DNA of 64,000 nucleotides, from the NCBI GenBank assembly GCA_012295275.1, contig CM022667.1, forward strand, positions 1,550,001-1,614,000, written 5' to 3'. The position numbers and the translations under genes were made by a program. This document shows positions 57,169-64,000 of this stretch, piece by piece. Numbering within the stretch: position 1 is the stretch's first letter; each line of letters starts with the position of its first letter. Below the pieces are notes generated by a model that did no database searches, was not told where the DNA came from, and worked only from the letters and a program-made list of their open reading frames with translations. The DNA is from Chrysomallon squamiferum (Eukaryota > Animalia > Mollusca).

Positions 57169-57684
57169 TATTATTATTACTAATAAACGTAATAAAAACA
57201 ACAACACAAAAACAAATAAAGAAACATAAATTTAATAATAATAATAAGAAGAAGAAGAAAAAAAAAAAATAATAAAAAAAAAAAAAATAAAAAAAAAAAA
57301 AATAAATAAATAAATAAAATGAACAACTTTTACATCCAGGAAACCGTTTTAACGAAAGAGCTGTTTCAAGCCGAGTTAATTTTGTTTGTTTTTGTTTTGT
57401 TTATTTCGAAAAAAGTTTGACAGTGCAGTGCAGTTTGATTTGTAACTAACTATTCTTTGAACGCCTCTTATTATCGTCGTACTAAAGACTGGATATTTAG
57501 CAAACACCTTTTTTCATGCTTTTCAGTAAATCTTAGAGACGATAACAATCTTTAGTTTGCAAACAAAAAAATATATAAAGATTGTCTCTTCCATATCGGA
57601 AATGACGTCAATACAATTATTGGTTTATTTTATTTGTACTAGATATTTATCCAATTTCAGCTTGAAAATAATTTCATTTTAAAA

Positions 57685-58091
57685 ATGGTAAGTTATTGTC
57701 AATACTGGATTCATTTGTTAAATCATAATAGTAGTTTGCAGTAATTATTCAGAAAGATATACATTTTGTATAGTTATTAATTTTTAAAATACCTATAAAA
57801 AGAACAAATATACGATCATAACGAAAACAAAATAAAGAAGTATATATAATAAAGAATAATAATTATTAGAGACTTTTCAAATATTAGTATTAATTTCGAA
57901 AAATCAGCTTTTGAAACAATTTCAAATAATTTGTGCTACTGAAAGGAAATGGTTTTATTAATTAAAATCCGGTTTTATACCTATTACCCAGCACATTTCT
58001 TGGGTCAAGAATGACGTCATATTTACGGAAATTTTTATATTCAACACAAAATAGTCTTCCTTTTAAGAACAAACAAACAAACAAACAAAAA

Positions 58092-58142
<51 letters not shown>

Positions 58143-59596
58143 AGGATAGAGAAAAAGGAAAGACAACAAAAACGGCAATTGTCTAAGATGGTTTTTTTTA
58201 AATAGATCTTTCTCACTCATAATCATGATTCAGGATAATAATAATTTAAATTCAGGTTCAGGCAGAACAGCAAAATGTGAATGACCCCAAAACTCCTCTT
58301 GTCAGTCATAACGTAAAGGAATACTCCAGTATAAGCGCAAAGTCCGTTGACCTACCCCGACCTGGCAGGTCGTATGGCACCAGACTGAAGAGAAGGAAAA
58401 ACCTGCTGGAACGTCGCAGAAAGATAGTCAACGTGGAATTCGCTCTGGCGATGACTGGATTAATGTTAATGCTCCTTGTGACAGAGTTGCACTTTGAGGA
58501 CATATATCCAATTCATTCCGATGTCGCGTTTTACATCAAGCTGGCGATATCAATAACCACTGGGATTTTACTGCTTGCTGTTCTGGCTTATCACATTACC
58601 GATGTCAAATTAAAAATGACAAACAAAAATATTTACGATTACCGGATGGTTGTTACGAAAACGTTCGTTTTTAAAGTTTCTATGGAGCTCCTCGTGTGCG
58701 CCGTTCATCCGCTTCCAGCAAACATCAACGTGACGTTTGATACGATAACCGGAGAACAGGGGATAGTTCCCGTGGACGCAGTTTTATCCATTCTCATGCT
58801 GCTGCGTTTCTACATTGTGATAAAGTTTATTATCGTTCACAGCCACTGGATGATCAACATATACATGCAGAGCGTTGGGGACCTGAACAAAGTCGACATC
58901 GACACTTGCTTTATCTTGAAGAGTCTCATGATGAACCATCCCATGCTGCTGACAGTGTCCATGATGCTAACGGTTTTGTTTATCAACACCTGGGCAATGA
59001 GGGCATGCGAATCGTACTACGTACCAGACAGCGATCAGAACGGCCTTTTCAATTCAATGTGGCTCGTAGCGGTGACTTTCCTCACTGTCGGCTACGGGGA
59101 TCTCTCGCCCAACAGTTACTGCGGACGTTTCATAGCCGCGGAAACGGGTTTCATGGGAGTAGGGATAACAGCACTGCTGGTGACGGTTGTGACGTCAAAA
59201 TTCCAACAGACGAGATCCGAGCGCTATCTGCACGCGTTCATGGTCGAGTCTGAACTGCAGAAGAGAAAGGAAATCGCAGCTGCCGACATCATTAAGTTGG
59301 TGCTGAAGGTGTGGCTGTTGCATCGCCGTAACAAACTGACGCGTCAACTAAGTTTGCTGTATAGAATAAAACTGAACAAAACCGTTCAAAAACTGCGAGG
59401 AATTGACGACGAAATTACAAGCATCATCGAGAACAATACCGACATAATAGACGTGGGCATCAACATGATCACGGCGGGTACCGCACTGGAGAAAGTGCAG
59501 ATACCAAAAGATGATTTCAAAGAGGACGAGTTTGAAGCTCACATAAAAAGCATTAACAACCAATTAAATGCTATACAATCAAGTTTGCGACAATGA
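57685..59596 (+). CDS. SK/KCNN-like K+ channel, intact array copy (ATG exon 57685-57687 + 58256-59596)
   Basis: Uninterrupted ORF with six TM segments, WLVAVTFLTVGYGDLSPNSYCGR and a CaM-binding-like region. Confidence 0.9.
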
Positions 59597-59690
59597 TGTT
59601 AAACCAGAGAGAGAAAAAAAAAAAAAAGGTTTATTTTCTCGTTCAAACAAATTTAAAAAAAAAAATGAAAAAAAAAAAAAAAAAAAAAAA

Positions 59691-59783
<93 letters not shown>

Positions 59784-60032
59784 TTTATATTATTATTATT
59801 ATTATTATTATTTATTTATTTATTCTATTTATGCTAACAGAAGCCCTCATCTCGATATTACTGCCAATATTACGGCAGCCACAATAGCGTATAAGTTCAG
59901 CATTGTTATTTTGGGTTATTTTTGGATACTGAATGATTGTTTCCAAAGTTTTGTCAATTAAAATAGAAAGAAAATATGAAAACACATACAGTTTAATGAA
60001 AAAAAACCATGTATTTTGTTTTGCAATATTGA

Positions 60033-60125
60033 ACTTACTACAAAATGTTGGTAAATAAAAGTAACTTACTACAAAATGTTGGTAAATAAAAGTAACTTAC
60101 TACAAAATGTTGGTAAATAAAAGTA
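60033..60125. repeat. 31-bp tandem triplication specific to this array unit
   Basis: ACTTACTACAAAATGTTGGTAAATAAAAGTA x3; present once in the other units. Confidence 0.85.
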
Positions 60126-61295
60126 AGTTAAAAACAATACCTATACGATATATGTATGTATGTATGTACGTATGTATCTATGTATGTGACACAATAGATA
60201 AAACAAAATCTTAAAATGTCCAGTAAACTCTATTCCAAAGAAAACTCCAGTTCTAAACAAACAATACAATATTTTAGAAAAATACCACATCGAAAATTTC
60301 TAATATGTAGATAGATAAGTACATAAAACCACAGCAAATGAACAAATAGCACTAATGTGTTAGCTTTTCAAACACAGATCGTACTGCACTCCAGCAGACA
60401 ATGCTCGACTTGTTTTAAGAATATATTTTCCTGTTTATGGAAAATGTAAACCTCAAAATAAATGATTCTATTCTGCCAATTAATTAAGAGCAGCCGTTTG
60501 TATTGTGTGTGTATGTGTGTGTGTGTGTGTGTGTGTTGTCTTATTTACACTATCTACATTTATCTCTTCTTCTTCTTTTAATACACCTTTATGAATTAAA
60601 ATCTGAAGATAACAAAATAATTTCCAAAAATAACATAGCCATTCACTGGCAGATAACCCAATATTAGATAAAAAAACAAACAAAAAACACATCATTTTGC
60701 ACAATGATTTTAAAATAACAAAGTTGGTGCTAATTTTTCAAGAAAACAACGGAAAAAAAAAAAAAAAAAAAAAAATAAAATCTATTACTTTTTCATTGAT
60801 TTTGCAGTCAAAATTATTTGTGAAATGGAATTCTCATTAATGTTAAGTTGCTAAAAATGATCAACCAAATTTTAACCTGGTATTTTTAAAATGCTCTTTG
60901 ATCAATAAAGATAACTTAAAAAAAAAAAAATAAAATAAAATAAAATAAAATTATATATCTATAAAGAAAATAACTTTAAAAAATAAATGATGGCATAAAT
61001 AATGGGAGATTATTGTTATTGTTATTTTATTTATATCTTATCAATAACTACTAACAATTTGACTGGCTATAATAAAAAAAAAGGAATTCTAAATGAACAA
61101 CAAAAAAAGTAAAAATAAAAGTTTAAAAAAAGGGAGTATCACAATTGTCAAGAGACACTTGATAGTTATTACATAACAGATAATCAAAAAGTACTGTTAA
61201 GAAACAATGTATTTTACCTTTCAGTTTTCTCAAAACTGAAACCATGACAACATTTAAAGTTAGATATTAACAAAAACAGAAAAACAAAGAAGCGG

Positions 61296-61340
<45 letters not shown>

Positions 61341-62226
61341 TGAAAAAGGAGAATGAAAAAAAATTAAAAGGAATATAAATAAATAAAAAAGAAAAAGCTG
61401 GATTGAAATAAAACAAAGGAAACAATTTTAAACATTCAAATACAAATTTTTCATATTATGCTCATATTAAAAAATATCTAGTAAATATTTTTTATTACAT
61501 TCAATGTATTTAGATGATACTTGACTTAAATTTTCCCAGCTACATTTTTAAATTCACAAACAAGGAACATTTTTAGTTCTATAAAAAATAATATATAAAG
61601 TTAATTTCTGTACATTCATGTAGTGATATATTCATTATTATTAATATTCTAAAAGTCAAAAAAAAAAAAAAAAAAAAAATAATAAAAAAATAATAATAAT
61701 TAAGACACTAAATGGTTATCTTGAAAGATATTAATAATAACATTATTTCTCTCCAAGTTAGAAAAATGGGAGTTCTCTCCTAAATAAAAATTGAATTCCA
61801 TTATATTATGCCAGTTGGGGAAATTGGAAAACCTCTCATAAAAGAATCTCGAGTTTCATTATATCAGGTTAGTTTGGAAAAGTGGAAAACCTCTCTTAGA
61901 AGAACATTGGATTTGCTTTTTATCATTACATCTGTGTTTAATTCAATCAGTCTAGCTCAAAATATCAGACATCTGTAAACAAATGAATCTTAATATTATA
62001 CAGCTTAGAAAAGTGAAAGTGATTCTACGTTTGTAGATGTAATATACATTTTAGTAAGTCTATTCAGATTTGAGTTTATGTCCAGCCTGTTTACAATAAA
62101 ACAACAGTGAAATGCAAACATGCATTTTCCCAATTATTTCAGTATAATAACTGGTTTGTGGAAGAGGATTAGGGACATGATATGCTGCCTTTAATGAAAC
62201 TCAAGATTCTTTTTGGAGTTTTTTAC

Positions 62227-63558
62227 TCAAGAGAGATAATCTGATAAATCTCCTCGGCCTACAGCATCACAAGCTTCAGCAAGCTTCTGCAATGTGACAG
62301 GATGATACTGACTTTTCCACTGTCGTAGCATTTGGTAAACCACTTCACCTAACTGACCCTCTGCTATATATTGCATTTTGAAATTGTCCAGTTGTCCTTC
62401 TGAAAGCCTCAGCTTACGACCTAACTTCCTCCATAGAACTCCTATGTTATCAGCAATGTAGTCCATTTGATCCTGTGTAGGTTCATCTGTTGAAGCTTAA
62501 AATAACAAGAAGACAAATTTGATTGGCCAGTGAAAATAAATTTGTGCCAAACAAATAATATAAAAATATATATATATAAAAAAAATAATGAAAGTTTTTA
62601 ATTATGAATTATGTATACACACAGGAACACACACACACACACACACACACATATAAACACACATGCATACACACACTCATACATGCACTGAAACTGGAAA
62701 ATACACAAACATACATATGAAAGTGCATGTATGTATGTATGTATATGTAAACACACATAAACACACACAGTTCTGGCTTATTCTCTCCAGGAAGCAAAGT
62801 ATTAAAAATCAATTTGGTTAAAAAATATTAAGACAGTGCATGCAGCTTTATAAGATAAATGATATTCAATCTGAATGAACTGTGTATAAAAACACTCACT
62901 TGTAATTGGTTTTTTTCGTGGTATCTTAGATTTCTTTTTGCCAGAACCTGCATACATTACATTGTTGTTTCCAATCTGAATTGTAGAAGTTTCTGGGTCA
63001 CCAACCAATACCCTTCTATAACTGCCATCAGGTCCTAAAGTAAAAACAAATATAAAGTAAACTCTAAAAATCTTGAAGTTGCAATCCGATTCAAGATAGT
63101 GTTGTATTCAAGATATTAATCATATGTAACAGAAGAAAAAAGAATTACAAATAAACAATTGTTTGTGGTGTGATGATCTACATTCACAATATTATTAAGA
63201 ACTCCTTATATTCAGTGAGTTCACCTAATTTCAAAGACTGTGTAAGTATGAACCACTGTAAAACAGGGATTGACTAAACTATTACTAGTATTAATGTTAC
63301 TACTACGAGTACTACTTCTAATACTACTACTATTATTATTATTATTATTAATATTAGATCAAGTTAAACTGCTATTTGTCTGACTGAAACTCCTCTGTCT
63401 ATCTTTAAGATTTGTTTAAGAAATTTGAATTACTGATGGAATAAAAAAATTTAAAAAAGATATAAATAATAATATCTTTATAACATACGACAGTCTTCCA
63501 TGATAAATGGTGATTTCATATATGGTCCATTAGAAGGGGTGGCATCTTCATCTAGATC
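62227..63558 (-). CDS. IMD/RIPK1-like adaptor, copy C (start exon lies beyond the window)
   Basis: Exons 63489-63558 (DLDEDATPSNGPYMKSPFIMEDC), 62900-63034 (…TSTIQIGNNNVMYAGSG…) and 62227-62495 (DD with a 1-aa insertion, EGQLGEVV). Confidence 0.82.
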
Positions 63559-64000
63559 CTGGAATGATACAAGAAGAAAACTTTTATAAAATTGAAAGTT
63601 AACTGTTAATTATCTGAAATTTTGCAAGAACAGACCCCAAATAGCTACATGATTTGAAAAAAAATAGTAATAATAATAAAATAAAATAAAATAAAACCAA
63701 AAATACAAATTAAACTATGTTTTAAGTGAATGTATATGTATGTGTATACATGAAAAGAAATCCATACAAAACATGTATACTTTTTTATGTTCTTTTGTTG
63801 TCATCTTTTTAAAACTTTTTATACATATATTTTGTTAAATGGACATAATATCAGCATCACATATATGATATTCAAAATCTTTCTAAAACCAAATGCCCAT
63901 ACTTAATTTGGATATATATATATTATTATTATTATTATTATTATTATATTATTTTTTCTGTCTCAAGAAATACAATCTGATTAAAAATGTATAAGCTTAT

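Larger units (their letters stand above)
35000..64000. repeat. Tandem segmental duplication of a ~10.5-11.7-kb SK-channel + death-domain-adaptor unit (about 3 units plus one partial)
   Basis: Equivalent channel positions at 35968, 47699 and 58277 (spacing 11731 including the gap and partial copy, and 10578). Intergenic and intronic sequences are collinear and near-identical. Confidence 0.92.

Noticed and set aside
36597-59563. Recurrent alternative-frame and antisense ORFs over the SK genes (MLYLEESH..., MVVNAFYV..., MTRQFVT...)
   Set aside because: Shadow ORFs of GC-richer coding DNA. They recur only because the copies are near-identical.
60033-60125. 31-bp direct repeats superficially like a CRISPR array
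   Set aside because: No spacers, eukaryotic context and no cas genes; a simple slippage triplication.

Overview
AT-rich, microsatellite-rich animal genomic DNA with GT-AG introns. Gene content suggests a lophotrochozoan such as a mollusc (inference). The left half holds the 3' end of an unidentified gene, neuroguidin (NGDN, 13 coding exons, with a hAT transposon relic in intron 1), an intronless SK/KCNN-type K+ channel, a CUB + C-type lectin membrane protein, cathepsin Z, and an S1 serine protease fused to an 'alpha-amylase C-terminal extension'-like domain. The right half (~33-64 kb) is a recent tandem array of a ~10.5-11.7 kb two-gene unit: an SK-like K+ channel (+) paired with a small spliced IMD/RIPK1-like adaptor (-). 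Reassembling the adaptor's exons, which the ORF track fragments, gives an N-terminal caspase-like site (DLDED/ATPF) that would expose an IAP-binding motif, a RHIM-like IQIGNNN exon and a C-terminal death domain. The death-domain exons vary strongly between copies while channel CDS and introns are near-identical. Individual copies show RHIM-exon loss, a doubled death-domain exon, a rewritten pore sequence, a frameshift and a 5' truncation. A 200-N gap lies inside the array, so some copy differences could be assembly artefacts.
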